A stretch of 63,605 nucleotides of DNA, counting the filler, from Octopus bimaculoides (taxonomy: Eukaryota), in NCBI RefSeq assembly GCF_001194135.2. It is 8 parts of 7 records of this genome, joined end to end, with 100 filler letters (N's around TTAATTAATTAA, not from the genome) between each part and the next. Parts side by side here need not be neighbours in the genome. Positions count along the whole stretch, not along the records: positions 48,006 to 52,917 come from NC_068986.1; positions 53,018 to 59,020 come from NC_068988.1; positions 59,121 to 62,417 come from NC_068982.1; 5 more parts are not named here. One strand, given 5' to 3'. Each line of letters opens with the position of its first letter. Position 1 is the stretch's first letter. The notes under the pieces are model-generated. The model saw only the letters and a program-made list of their open reading frames with translations. It made no database searches and was not told where the DNA came from. This document shows, piece by piece, positions 48,287 through 61,385 of this stretch. Position numbers and translations under genes: made by a program.

Positions 48287-48586
48287 ATGGGGGTTTAGTT
48301 CGCAGGTGATCTAAACGATTAGGTATGCTAGGTAAGTGTTGTAACGGATTACTGGGGCTCCGAGGTTATAACCAAGATGGTACTTATGGAGCTATTGCAG
48401 ATTTCCAATGTAGCAAATATATAATTGTCAAACAGGATGTCAAGCATTAAGGCAAGGCAAACATCTCATGTCATATACAATCTTATTATTGGAAGAAATT
48501 GAAAATTTCTTCTTGAAATATTGTTGTATATGACTTGAGATATTTTCCTTGTCTTAATATTTGACATCCTGCTTAACAATTATATA
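48285..48586. mobile_element. PLE-type terminal repeat (family of 2871) ending in an about 80-bp-arm foldback (48417-48586)
   Basis: Homologous to 2871-3080 up to GGAAGAAATT, then folds back around GAAGAAATT-GAA-AATTTCTTC (48492-48512). Confidence 0.8.
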
Positions 48587-48596
48587 TATATATATA

Positions 48597-48995
48597 TGAG
48601 TGGCTGTGTGGTAAGTAGCTTGCTTACCAACCACATGGTCCTGGGTTCAGTCCCACTGCATAGCACCTTGGGTAAGTGTCTTCTACTATAGCCTCGGGCC
48701 GACCAAAGCCTTGTGAGTGGATTTGGTAGACGGAAACTGGAAGAAGCCCGTCGTATATATGTATATATATGTATGTGTGTTTATGTGTCTATGTTTGTCC
48801 CCTCACCATCGCTTGACAACCGATGTTGGTGTGTTTACGTCTCCCTAACTTAGCGGTTCGGCAAAAAGAGACCGATAGAATAAGTACTAGGCTTACAAAG
48901 AATAAGTCCTGGGGGCGATTTTCTCAACTAAAGGTGGTGCTCCAGCATGGCCGCAGTCAAATGACTTAAACAAGTAAAAGAGTAAAGAGTAAAGA
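48597..48995 (+). mobile_element. SINE family A, full length, close to consensus
   Basis: Same head, core and tail as 9118, with an (AAAGAGT) repeat at the end. Confidence 0.92.
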
Positions 48996-49074
48996 GTATA
49001 CATACACACACACATACATACATACATACATACATACAAATATATATATATATATATATATACGTGCATATATC

Positions 49075-49290
49075 ACCATCATCATCATCATCATCATCCT
49101 CGTTTAATGTCCACTTTCCATGCTGATGTGAGTTGGACAGTTTGACTGAGGACTGGCAAGCCAGGAGGCTGTACCAGGCTCTAGTCTGCTCTCACAAGGT
49201 TTCTACAGCTGGATCCCCTTCCTAATACTAACCATTCTGAGAGTGTTGTGGGTGCTTTTTACATGCCACCAGCACTGGCATCAGCCACAC
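49075..49290 (-). mobile_element. RTE 3' tail fragment
   Basis: (CAT)n-CGTTTAATGTCCACTTTCCATGC...CAGCTGGATCCCCTTCC is the reverse of the RTE tail. Confidence 0.8.
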
Positions 49291-49689
49291 TTATAATTCG
49301 AAAGGTGTGTCAAAAGGCAAAATATGTTATCTAAAAATATGGGCAAGGTATTTTGGTTTCCCACTGAAGTTCCATCTCTGTTGTGGTTGGACAACTCTCA
49401 TAGTTGCAGAGAGGCAAATATGCAGTATGCACACTCTATATATAGAAAAAAAGAACACAGTAAATGCAATTGATATGAATGTTTTATATAATATACATGT
49501 GTTTCATAACATCAGTCAAACAGTTTTGTTAAGTAATTTTAAGTAATGAGGCTAGCAGAATTTGTTCACATAACCAATTTTTATCCTCATTTATGCAACT
49601 AATGTTTTGCCATTCTTATGAAACACATCTACATGATACATAGCATTAATACTGATTGCATTTTCTATATTCCCTTTTTATGCATATAC

Positions 49690-50301
49690 AGGCTTGTATG
49701 TTCCACTGGATATGTAATGTAAGTGTACATGTGCAATAGAGTGCTAGTGTATTGAGAGAGGAGTTAGGCATAAGAGGAATGACATGCTGTGTGCAAGAGA
49801 GAAGGCAGCGCTGGTTTGGTCATGTGATGCAAATAGATGCTGACAGTTCCATGAAGAAGTGGCATTCACTCAAAGTGGATGGAACTTATTGAAGAAAGAG
49901 ACCCTGGGAAACATGGGATGAAGTACTGAAGGACAGCCTCAGAACACTAAACCTTTTGGTCAAGATGACAAAGGACTGAAATACCTTGCACCTTGCTGTA
50001 CTCAAGCAGACCCGTTCTCCACAGCAGAAGCATTAAGACCACATGCCTTGATGAAGAGGATTGGCCTGCAAGAGTCTTGTGCTGGTGACACATAAAAATC
50101 ACTTGTGCTAGTGCCATGTAAAGGCACTCATGCCAGTACCACATTAAAGGCACCCAGCAAACATTGTAAAGTGTTTGGTGCTAGGAAAGGCATCTAGCCA
50201 TAGAAATCAAGTCAAATCAGACTGGAATCAAGTGCAGCTCTCCAGCATGTCAACTGTGATCAAACCATCCAAACCATGCCAGCACGGAAAATGGACATTA
50301 A

Positions 50302-50376
<75 letters not shown>
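49690..50376 (+). mobile_element. RTE LINE 3' coding end + UTR + (GAT)n tail
   Basis: LGIRGMTCCVQERRQRWFGHVM motif, tail as at 2563-2809. Confidence 0.8.
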
Positions 50377-50473
50377 CAAGGTGTTCAGGTTAGATTCGAC
50401 AGTGTGCATAAAAGGGTAAGAAAACACAATATCTCATCCAAAAATAAAGTATTTTTATAAAAAACTTTAAAAA

Positions 50474-51715
50474 TAGTAAGGTATGTCAAAAATTATTTGC
50501 AATTTCTCTAACCTTTTTTTGGTTGGCTGCACTGCTTTCAGTGCTTGCATGCTAAAAGATGGTACTCTCTTGTGGTTACATAATCAAGGTTTGACCTTTG
50601 TCACTCCAGTTTTCTTTCTTGTGTTAGAGTAAACGTGGCTGCTTTGCTGGCAACAAAGAACAGGCAGAACAGAGATCAGTGATCTGACTTTTCAGTACAA
50701 TAGAGGGACAGTGCTCTACCATGTAGAAATGTGAATGAGTAGATCTAGAAATTTAAAAATGGCCAGACAAGTGTGAAACAGGAAGAGAGAGCAGGACACC
50801 CATCAACCTTCATTACCAAGATTCAATAAACTTGAAAGATTATTCTAGCAAACTAACAAGTGACCATCAATAATGTAGCATGTTCTCTACAAATTAGTCA
50901 TGGTTCTGCATATGAAATCATTCATAACAGGATTTACTTTCATAAAGTCTGATAGGTGCCAATAAAGCTTACTGAAGTACATAAGCGCAATCATGTAGAG
51001 ATCTGTCAACACTTACTTGACTGCTGCAGCCTTTTTGAAGAGAATAATTACAGATGAGATCTGGGTACATCACTTTGAGCCAAAATCCACAATCAGAGCA
51101 TAGAGTGGAAACATCCAGAATCACCAGTGAAAAAGAAATTCAGAACTCAAACTTCTGCAGAAAACGTGATGCTTACTGCTTTTGAGATGCAAAAGGGCCT
51201 ATACTGAAACATAACCTGGAAAAGAGATTTGCTGTCACCAGTGTAAGCTACAGTGAAATGCTAGCCAACAAACTGAAGCCAGCAACTCACACCAAATGCT
51301 GAGGTCTATTGGTCTATTGTCAAATCAAGTGTTATTGTTTCACGACAATGCATGCCCACATATGCTCACCTACACTGTTGAAACTATTGGAAAATTGGGT
51401 TTCAAGTTGCTGGAACACCAATATACACTCAGATATCACCCCTTCTGATTATCACCTCTTTGGGCTAGTTGAACAGTCCAACCTTTAGAGGTCATCGATT
51501 TCTACAGAAGAAGTGCAAAAAGCAGTGCATAAATGGCTGTGAGACCAACCAAAAATCTTCTTCCCCAATGAAAAAAGCAAGTGTGTGGACCATTGGAAGA
51601 GGTGCATTGAAAAGTAAGGAGAATATGTTGAAAAATGATGTTATTGTTCACCCTTGTTTTTGTTTAAATAAATTACAGAAACCAGAGTGTGTATAATTTT
51701 TAACTTAACCTCATA
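50474..51715 (+). mobile_element. Full-length degenerate mariner (D34D-type) element, about 1.24 kb
   Basis: 23-bp imperfect TIRs with TA ends (50474-50496, 51693-51715). Broken frames give KFKNGQTSV..EERAG.PS, ITDEIWVHHFEP, EWKHPESPVKKKFRT, FHDNACPH, D.TPSDYHLFG. Confidence 0.88.
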
Positions 51716-51759
51716 TCAACTAAATTGGGATATAACTAGGCTGGAAGATGAAACTTTAC

Positions 51760-52200
51760 TCAAAGTAACCGCCTTCAGCTACCACTACAGCCTCAACACA
51801 GCTCCAGGACCTGTCACATATGTTTCTCACTGTGTCTCTGGGAAGATCTTGAAACACCTCCTTGATTTTGACCACCAGCTCAACCTTAGTATTGCAGGCA
51901 GTCCTTTCTCAACTGTGCATAGTAATCTATGGAATTACAATCAGGGTAATTGGGGCTGGTGAAGTCATAGAAATTTCTGGCTCTTTCCAGAGGTTTGGCA
52001 AGGGGCCAAACCCTGCTGTCACATATATGGCCTTCCAGCAGCAGCCCTCTCTGGCCAGGGATTGACTGAAGTCTCCAGCAGCTTCAGATAGCCATCTAAA
52101 TTGAGCCTAAATCCTAGTTCCAAGATGTGGAATGCAGTCAGAGTGCCTGCTGTGTCCTTTCCTGCTCCCCACAGTTTTGTAGTCTCCATTGCAGCTGTCA
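51760..52200 (-). mobile_element. maT/DD37D-like transposase C-terminal relic
   Basis: LNLDGYLKLLETSVNPWPERAAAGRPYM*QQ..APC, PDCNSIDYY, EAVVVAEGGYFE*. Confidence 0.7.
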
Positions 52201-52294
52201 ATGTCACGTCTAACAGCCTTTACAGTGTTCACAGGATATTGAGTAGTAGTCATGATGTTAGCATTTCAATACCTGTATCATCATGATATAGGTA

Positions 52295-52500
52295 GCTCTA
52301 TTAAGGCAGAATCATTAACATGCCAGGCAAAATGCTTAGCAGTATTTCATCTGTCTTTACGTTCTGAGTTCAAATTCCACCAAAGTTGACTTCGACTTTC
52401 ATCCTTTCAGGGTCAATGAAAAGAGTCCCAGTCAAGAACTGGGGTCGATGTAATTGACTATCCTGTCCCTGAAAAAATTTTAGGCCTTGTGCCTATAGTA
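52295..52500 (+). mobile_element. SINE family B
   Basis: GGCAGAATCATTAAC head, TTTCATCCTTTCAGGGTCAATG core. Confidence 0.8.
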
Positions 52501-52664
52501 GAATATTTAGATGGCTTTCAGTCTTCCATGTCAGCTAACTTTTTCTAGGCTATAACTTTAGTCTTTATGCTCTCCAGCGCTGTTGACTGTTCAACAATAT
52601 GTCAAGCTGTTCCTGAAAAAAAAAATAGAGACATAAAAAATCATAAAATTTAGTCTGAACACCT

Positions 52665-52917
52665 TCATCATCAACATCATCATCATCATCGTTTAACGTC
52701 CGCTTTCCATGCTAGCATGGGTTGGACGACTTGACTGGTGAAACCGGATGGCAACACCAGGCTCCAATCTAAATTTGGCAGAGTTTCTACAGCTGGATGC
52801 CCTTCCTAACGCCAACCACTCAGAGAGTATAGTAGGTGCTTTTACATGTCACCTGCACGAAGGCCAGTCAGGCGATACTGGCAATGGCCACGCTCGAAAT
52901 GGTGTCTTTTATGTGCC
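52665..52917 (-). mobile_element. RTE 3' UTR/tail, high identity to 2563-2809
   Basis: Reverse complement of the tail at 2563-2809, running into a gap. Confidence 0.88.
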
Positions 52918-55699
52918 NNNNNNNNNNNNNNNNNNNNNNNNNNNNNNNNNNNNNNNNNNNNTTAATTAATTAANNNNNNNNNNNNNNNNNNNNNNNNNNN
53001 NNNNNNNNNNNNNNNNNTATATATATATATATATATATATGCATATATATATGTATATACAAACACATACCCACGTACATGCATACACATACGCAGCCAC
53101 ATACATACATACATAAACACATACATTCCAAATTGCGAAACAATATTATCTTACAAATTATTTACGCATCGCGAAATTATCTCATTAACAATTAAGATAT
53201 CCGTTATATAAGGAAATCCTTTGAGTTGAATAATAATGGAGCATTGTAAGATTATGTTACTCTAAATAGTAATTTTATCTGTTTAGACTGGAGAAAGCAG
53301 ACAGTTATGATATGAACGTCCATTTCTTTTTAAAATCTCATACGTTTTGTAACCAATTCATTTTCAGATGATCCGAGGATGCTGAAGATACACCGACACT
53401 CAGCTCTGAGTTTCTTGTACCAGAAACAGTTGTAAGCTAATGAAGTTGATTACGTTATTCCTGGTTCGTTGTCATTTATTTACGTTCGTTTTCTGCCCCG
53501 TATTCGAATATCACTTAATTCCGAATTATTTCTATATTTGTTTTTAATTCCTGGTTATTAGAATCGCCATGCCTGGGTCCTTTAAAAAATATCAGTTCTA
53601 CAGTTGATGCCTTTGACTAAACGTCTTTGAAGTGGTGCTCCTTCATGGTCACTGCCTAATATATCAGTCGCATATATATTTTCTATTTACATAATGAATA
53701 ACTTCCTCTTTGTTCTAACATATACAAGTTTTAACTGTTATGCATATACTTTTTCAGGTAACGCAGGTGTCGTAGAGTGTTTTCTAATTGCGTTTGGTTT
53801 TCATGATTACTATTGGGAGAGCTTGCAATTAAAAGTCTTACTTCCATTGTCTTCAGAACAAAGGTTTTGCAGTCATAATCATCCTGCCGTTTTTCATATC
53901 AGTAACCGTTGTTTTAAATATATAAACTAATTGAAGTTTTAGAGTTTCAATCTGTAACAGATTCTGCTACAGCTTTTAGCAGGCCCTTTATCCATGTTAC
54001 ACACATGTAGAAAACATACCTGCAGCGGGGTATTGCTTGGGACACCGTAGAGTACATCACAGTATGTTGTTCTCCCTCGTTTTCAGTTGTGCGTTTTGCA
54101 ATCTTAGTGTTGATGATGTTGAACGTTATAAAGAATCATAACTGTCTCAGATCCCTTATCTAGATATATCACAGAAAATGCATGTATTTCAGTGTATGAG
54201 CCTCTTAGTTTCATAGATATCTTATCTTCTTACATTTTGAAATGATCAACAATTTTCTATACTTCCCCATTCTATATCATTCTATATCAAAGTTTGTGCA
54301 TTTGGCTTTAATAGCTGATGTAACATTAGCTAACCGCGTCGCCATCATTTTCATTCTGACAGAACGCAGAGGGTTGGTTGTAATATCGTTGATTGAATTT
54401 GCCTTTGCCATACACTTTGCCATTTTCATCATTACTTGAGTTAGAACAAATGGAATCGTTTTCGAATTTCTCTACTTTCTGTGCCTTGCTGCTATATGCA
54501 TTTGGTATGTGGCTGGGTTTCTGAAGATGATCGGAACCTCGGTGATATTCCTTTCTGTTCATCTTATAAAATAGTTTTAATGCTCGTGATGGTCTTACTT
54601 TGGACTACGTGGTTATCTATGTCGAAGATTTACCTCCGTGTGTCTATTAATTTAAAAGCAGTCATCTTCCTTATAATTCATCTCAAACTAGGTGTACTCG
54701 AGTACGTTTGCATGTACGTACTTGTGTATACAAATTAATTCTTATCTATGAAAATATAGGATTTAATATTTATTTGTATTTGCAAGTTTGGTCTTTCGAT
54801 AAGGTGTAAACACAAGATAATGAGACACAAGATCTTACAAAACTTCACGGTAAAATAGCAACTCATATATATTGTTAGCTTATAGATAATTTCTCATATT
54901 AAAATCAAAATATTGTTATTTTAAAAAATACAAAATATATGTGGCAACTTTCTGAACACAGTATGAGATTCTCTGATTATCATATTCTTAATGATAATGA
55001 TTGTTACTTTTTGATGTTTATTAGCCCAAGGAAACTTCTGTTCCAGCAGTTCTACAATCGAGTATACTCTAGTTCTCATCACTTCGTCAATTCATTTACA
55101 TATTGCATATTTCATTATATAAAGTCTACTTAACATTTTAGTAAAAACAGGATGTTTTATGAGGCTGCTATTTCTAGAGGTTTCATCGAAATCGCAAAAG
55201 CTTTCTCTTTGTAAATTAACTGGTATCCAAATCGGCACACCTAATTTTTATTTAATTCTTTATGACGACCCATTATGAATAGGAAAATTGTCTCATACAT
55301 ATGCAATACAATACAGCAACAATTGAAGTTTAGTATAAAAGAAATGTGATATTCTTTCATAAATTATGTGTTACTTGATTTCTGATATTGATTTTTCTAT
55401 TGAAACAAATTTCATATTCAGAACAAAAGTTTGCTTTAATGATGTCGGTGAAATTTCAAATGCCAAATGATGTATTAAAAAATAGCAATTGCCCATTTAA
55501 AACAAAACTGAAGCAAGTTTCTTGCGAACAAGCGGTGTCGTCTTAAATTATAACTGTTGCTCGATCAACGTATAATACTAAAATCAAAAAACTTGCGACA
55601 ATTATATGAGAAATGCTGACTTTCATATCAATTAAAATAGAAAAATAAGAATATTTTTAAATGGATCTGAAATTCCCGGCTCCCTAATACCGAATGATG

Positions 55700-56830
55700 A
55701 ATCAATGAAATCAATTGAGAAAGAATAGTGACGTATTATTTTGGAATACTGGAGGCAGATGAAATAAAACATGAAGAGATGAAACAAAGTTCAAGGGAGT
55801 GTAGAAAGTACCAGGAGAATGAAGGACGTACTTTAAGTAAATGTTCAATTCAAGAAATGTCATGGAAGTAACAAATCTAAGAGCAGAGTAGGTTATCAGA
55901 TTTGCAACTGGAATTGTGAACTGGATGAAATATTAATTTCAGAAACTTGACCGAAAAACTAGAAAGTTGTTGACAGTTTAGGGAGCAGCATACGAAAACT
56001 GATATTAACAGGCTGCACTTGAAGACATACCATGGTGTACGAGCCTTAAGTGGTGTAGAGGATCGTGTGCAGATGGAACGAAAGATGTTACTAAATTAAT
56101 CGCAAGCACAGAAAATTACTAAAGGAAGTGAATCAAGAATGATTATGTTTAGAAAGGACAAGAATAAAATTTAAAGAGAGTATGTGAAATAGATTGATGA
56201 GAAACCTTTGGACTGCGTGTTTTGAAAATTCATTGATGGCTTGGTTGAAAAGGGAGCGACTGAAAAAGGAAACAGAGCTTTATTATAGCTGATCCATGCC
56301 AAGAACTTCAAATAACTTGAGAAAATATGGTATGTGTAGGCGGTGTTTCAAAAATGTAGAGTATTTGGAATTTAGGATGAAGCAATGGTACACATTATTG
56401 CAGAATGCCCTAAGTTGGCCTGAGACATGACCAAGTTTTGAACTTTTTGACAGAAATGGGGGTTTCAACCAACCATCGGTACAGGCATCGGGTAGAAAGT
56501 GTATTTGAGTCAGGACCATGTAGGATTTTGTGGCATTTTCACATTTCGACGGCTAAGACTATAGAAAATATAATCGAGATATTACAGCAATAGATAAAGA
56601 AAATGGAATTTTCTTGCTGATTGGTCTATCATGTCCATTTAAGTCTGTGACTGTGAAGAAAGAAAAGGAAGAATAGAAAAATAAAACCCCTTGAAATTTG
56701 ATATTGCAAGGATTTAAAATATGAAATCAGCAAACGTAGTATTTGTGACACTTGCTGTATTAGGGACTGAGAGTAGTGATATAGAATGATCATCGGAAGT
56801 GTTTTTGAGCATTTGACGAATTTTTTGAAA
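55700..56830 (+). mobile_element. Degenerate RLE-type (R4/Dong-like) LINE C-terminal relic
   Basis: LDRKTRKLLT..., DINRLHLK...SGVEDRV, CRRC...HIIAECPKLA, NRDITAIDKENGIFLLIGLSCPF (decayed PD..D nuclease motif). Confidence 0.75.
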
Positions 56831-57204
56831 TTATGTGGAAATCTAGGGTTACAGTTAGTAACTAGCTATTCACATATACTCTACCAGGAATAAATTCAAT
56901 CCTGCGTCAAGTGAAATAATGAAATAGCAACAAGACAGAGTAGGAGGAGGAGGAGGCGGAGAAGAAGAAGAAGAAGAAGAAGAAGAAGAAGAAGAAGAAG
57001 AAGAAGAAGAATAAGAAGAAGAACAACAACAACAACAACAACAATAATAATAGCAACAACAACAACAACAACAATAACAACAACAACAGCAACAAAAGCA
57101 ACAACAACATAGAACAGGAAAACAATATTTGTAACAATAAATATTTATTCAAATACTGATTTGTATAGGATAATAGATTCAGTTGAATAAAAGAGAAGGA
57201 AGTA

Positions 57205-57480
57205 GCCCCCTGGCTGGATAGACTATGAGAAATCATACACGACAAGACATGTTACTATTTAAATTTTGAAGTGTGCAAAGTGCCAGAGATTGCCTGAAAA
57301 GATTACCAACTTTGTAGAAAAACTTATGGGAATACGTAGACTTGATCTAATTCGGAAATATGAAAAACTGGAAAGGGATATTACATGGGGGTGGTTCTCA
57401 CTATTAATTTGCCTGATCGCCGTGATTTGTTTGACAAGCATACTGAGAAAATGTAGATGGAATGATGATCTTGCCGAGAG
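57205..57480 (+). mobile_element. RT fragment of an RLE-type LINE
   Basis: WIDYEKSY (cf. WIDYKKAYD) ... SLLICLIAVICLTSILRK (cf. SPLLF..ALIPLT.ILRK). Confidence 0.6.
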
Positions 57481-59120
57481 ATATAAGAAAATAATCAGTC
57501 CCTTGACTGCATATAATGCATCAAATATTTGGGAAAATACGTATGTAGTCTTATTTAGGAAGTGAGATCGAAAGATTAAATCTCATAGGGCGAAGAATCT
57601 ACAAGAGAATGTCATTAGCTGAGTGAAAAAGAACGAAGGATGCTACTACCTAGTGGAGCTGCCTGAGGATAAGGTAATGGAAATACAAATCTACAAAGCA
57701 TAAAAGGTAAGTTTTAGTGATATTATGAAAATGAGGAGAAAGAGAAGATATAGGAGAAAGAGGAAAAGTGGACGAGGATTAAAGAAAGAATATCAATGAC
57801 GTATGGGAATTGTGGAATTTTACAAAGGAAATTCGATGCAGAAGCAATAAATGGAATTCAAATAATGAAATATGGAAATACAGTCCTTCTGACACAGCAA
57901 GGCCTCCATTTAAAGCCAGATAAGCAACTGCATTTTTCTAGACTCAGCCTTAATATAACGGCCTATAAAAGAATAATGTCTTCGTCCACATAACTTACAG
58001 CTTCGTCCAACACATAGCTCCTCTTCTTAAAAGAGAGACGTGGGAGAAGTAGATTTATCTTAAGTAACGTCTGGACACGAAACTTTCTATGCAGAACAGT
58101 TGCAATATTCTGGGTGCATTTATGGCAAGTCATTATGACCGCATAACTGTGCCTCTAGAATGTACCTCGCGCAAGTAGAACCCCAATTTCATAAAATTTT
58201 ATTAATAGCAGTGCTCGATCCAAATGCCTTTCCAAACAGATTTTATCAATTCGCAACTGCCCACGTTTGCTATAATTAAGGACCACTCTTTTCCTACCAG
58301 CGTGAATAAAATCTTAAACGCTGAATTTAGATTTATGAGACGAAAATTGTCTCCACAGGCCTCCTCCTAACCTTGCTCTCTGAGAAATATTACCATTCAC
58401 AGCACTAGTAAAACACTTTTCTTGCGTTAGATGCAGTAGAATTTTGTCATATAAACTGGTATGAATTTGTAAATTTTGAAGTGAAGACTTACACAACTGC
58501 ATGACTTGCGTTTTGTAAAACACTTACAGCTTCCTGTATGTGAATTATTCTTGTCGGCTTCTCGCAGCGGCTCCCAAGGCGTTTGCGAAAAACATCGAGT
58601 GTCCAGGCTCATGTCTAAAGCACGTGTATACAACATGAGTATACTGGAAAATAACAACTCGCTGACGCATCACTGATTATCTGTACTATTACTCTCTCTA
58701 TTTTACTGCTGAAATTGAGATTTATCCTTTGCCCATAATTGAAATTGGATCCGGTAGTTACTGATGAAATCTGAACACCATCCAGCAGAAGAATTGTTTC
58801 AAAAGTTTCAAAAGAAAACGTTAGCGGAAGCGTATCGTCAGTAGAAACTAAAAATAAACTAACTTGAATGAGACAAATCGGATGAGATCGTTTGTAAAGC
58901 AATGATTTTGTTTTTTAATTCTCATTCTATTCGATCAGATACATACATACAATATATATATATATACTTACCTATGTGTATATGTATATATTTTTTTTTA
59001 TCTAGGTTTACACATATATANNNNNNNNNNNNNNNNNNNNNNNNNNNNNNNNNNNNNNNNNNNNTTAATTAATTAANNNNNNNNNNNNNNNNNNNNNNNN
59101 NNNNNNNNNNNNNNNNNNNN

Positions 59121-59182
<62 letters not shown>

Positions 59183-59669
59183 GCTCGAGTGTATCCATAA
59201 ATACACGAATATATCTATATCTTCAGCCATTTGACTAAAGGGCTGATCACTACATTCCTAAAATATATTCCCATCGTTCCATAGATCCACATCTTACTCT
59301 TTTTATTTTATCTATCGATCCCGAAACAGCACATTTGACCACGGTGGGGATTTAAACTCAGAGCACAGAGAGCTATGACAAATAGCACGAAACATTCTAT
59401 CCAACGATTCTGCCGATCGACTTTATTCTATGTGCCTCAGATCACCTCTCTGGCATGAATTGGTTGTTGATTAATAGGAATGTTACTTGAAATTGATTGT
59501 TCTTCTATCCAAGGGAGTATTTAACAATTATTCACCGAGCGTCATGAAACAGGTGTAAAACACCGGCCCTTTTGCGGTCGCCTATCCATCTGGGCTTTTA
59601 AAGACATCTAGATTTATACATGTCAATAAAGAAAGGAAACTTACTGCTTGGTTTAATTAATGCCGTGTG

Positions 59670-59990
59670 GCACTTTACAAAACTCTGATGAGCCTCTGTT
59701 AGTATACTTTACAACCCTTAATTAATCTTGCTACTGTGCCCCCAAAACCTTAGATATACTTTGCTAATGTGCTTAAAAAAAAAAACCCAAATAAACCCTG
59801 TTCGTGTACTTTACAAATCCTGCACGTGTAATTCAAAACAAAACTAGATGCCCTGCTAATGTACTTTACAGCCTCACCCCCGATATACCTAGGTAGAGTA
59901 CTTCACAACCCCTAGACACAGATTACTTTACAAGCCCTAGATACACACACCCAGCTAGTGTATTTTAGATACGCTCTGCTTGTGCACCTA
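59670..59990. repeat. Degenerate minisatellite (GTACTTTACAA-CCCTAGATAC-like unit)
   Basis: Recurrent ACTTTACA / TACTTCACA and CCCTAGA blocks. Confidence 0.6.
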
Positions 59991-60175
59991 ACAAACCATG
60001 CTGACCTCGTGGCTCTGTTATAAACCATTATTATTTTCCCGATTATAACTCTACTGTTCTGTCATTTACTGTACATTTCCTGTACAAAAACAACAAATTA
60101 CGCGTTCAGTAAAACTTGACAGAAAATGTGTTTTGAATAAATTTTGATTAAAGGGTAACAAATATTTACAAGTTT

Positions 60176-60212
<37 letters not shown>

Positions 60213-60957
60213 NNNNNNNNNNNNNNNNNNNNNNNNNNNNNNNNNNNNNNNNNNNNNNNNNNNNNNNNNNNNNNNNNNNNNNNNNNNNNNNNNNNNNNNN
60301 NNNNNNNNNNNNNNNNNNNNNNNNNNNNNNNNNNNNNNNNNNNNNNNNNNNNNNNNNNNNNNNNNNNNNNNNNNNNNNNNNNNNNNNNNNNNNNNNNNNN
60401 NNNNNNNNNNNNNNNNNNNNNNNNNNNNNNNNNNNNNNNNNNNNNNNNNNNNNNNNNNNNNNNNNNNNNNNNNNNNNNNNNNNNNNNNNNNNNNNNNNNN
60501 NNNNNNNNNNNNNNNNNNNNNNNNNNNNNNNNNNNNNNNNNNNNNNNNNNNNNNNNNNNNNNNNNNNNNNNNNNNNNNNNNNNNNNNNNNNNNNNNNNNN
60601 NNNNNNNNNNNNNNNNNNNNNNNNNNNNNNNNNNNNNNNNNNNNNNNNNNNNNNNNNNNNNNNNNNNNNNNNNNNNNNNNNNNNNNNNNNNNNNNNNNNN
60701 NNNNNNNNNNNNNNNNNNNNNNNNNNNNNNNNNNNNNNNNNNNNNNNNNNNNNNNNNNNNNNNNNNNNNNNNNNNNNNNNNNNNNNNNNNNNNNNNNNNN
60801 NNNNNNNNNNNNNNNNNNNNNNNNNNNNNNNNNNNNNNNNNNNNNNNNNNNNNNNNNNNNNNNNNNNNNNNNNNNNNNNNNNNNNNNNNNNNNNNNNNNN
60901 NNNNNNNNNNNNNNNNNNNNNNNNNNNNNNNNNNNNNNNNNNNNNNNNNNNNNNNNN

Positions 60958-60998
<41 letters not shown>

Positions 60999-61004
60999 AT
61001 ATAC

Positions 61005-61385
61005 CTTTCACCTTTTACTTGCTTCAGTCATTGGGGTAATGCCTTGAAGGCTTTAGTCGAATAAATCGATTTCAGTTCTTTTTCTTACGTTTGGTGCTTG
61101 CTCTATCGGTGTCTTTTGCCGAGCCGCTAGAAGACGTAAACAAACCAAAACCAATTGTTAAGTGGTGGATGGGACACACAGACAGACACACACACATGCA
61201 TGCACCGCACATAAACATGATAGGGTTCCGCACAGTTTTCCCGCAACAAAATTCACTCACAAAGCATTGGGTGTCCGAGGTTATACTAGAAGACACTTGC
61301 CCAACGTGTCGCGCAGTAAGACTGAACCCGAAACAACGTGGTTGTGAAACGATCTTCTTAACTACACAGTCAATCCTACGCCTAT
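61005..61385 (-). mobile_element. SINE family A, diverged, full length
   Basis: Reverse of the head, core and tail motifs (AGAAGACACTTGCCCAA; TTTTACTTGCTTCAGTCATT). Confidence 0.8.

Noticed and set aside
54242-54738. Hydrophobic plus-strand ORFs resembling a multi-pass membrane protein
   Set aside because: They are interrupted by stops, and the hydrophobicity follows from T-richness. No receptor motifs were recognised.
10970-59691. Other CTGATGA hits (10970, 35736, 42425, 44451, 59685, and inside the kinase CDS)
   Set aside because: There is no correctly placed GAAA, stem III or stem I partner, so they are not counted as hammerheads.
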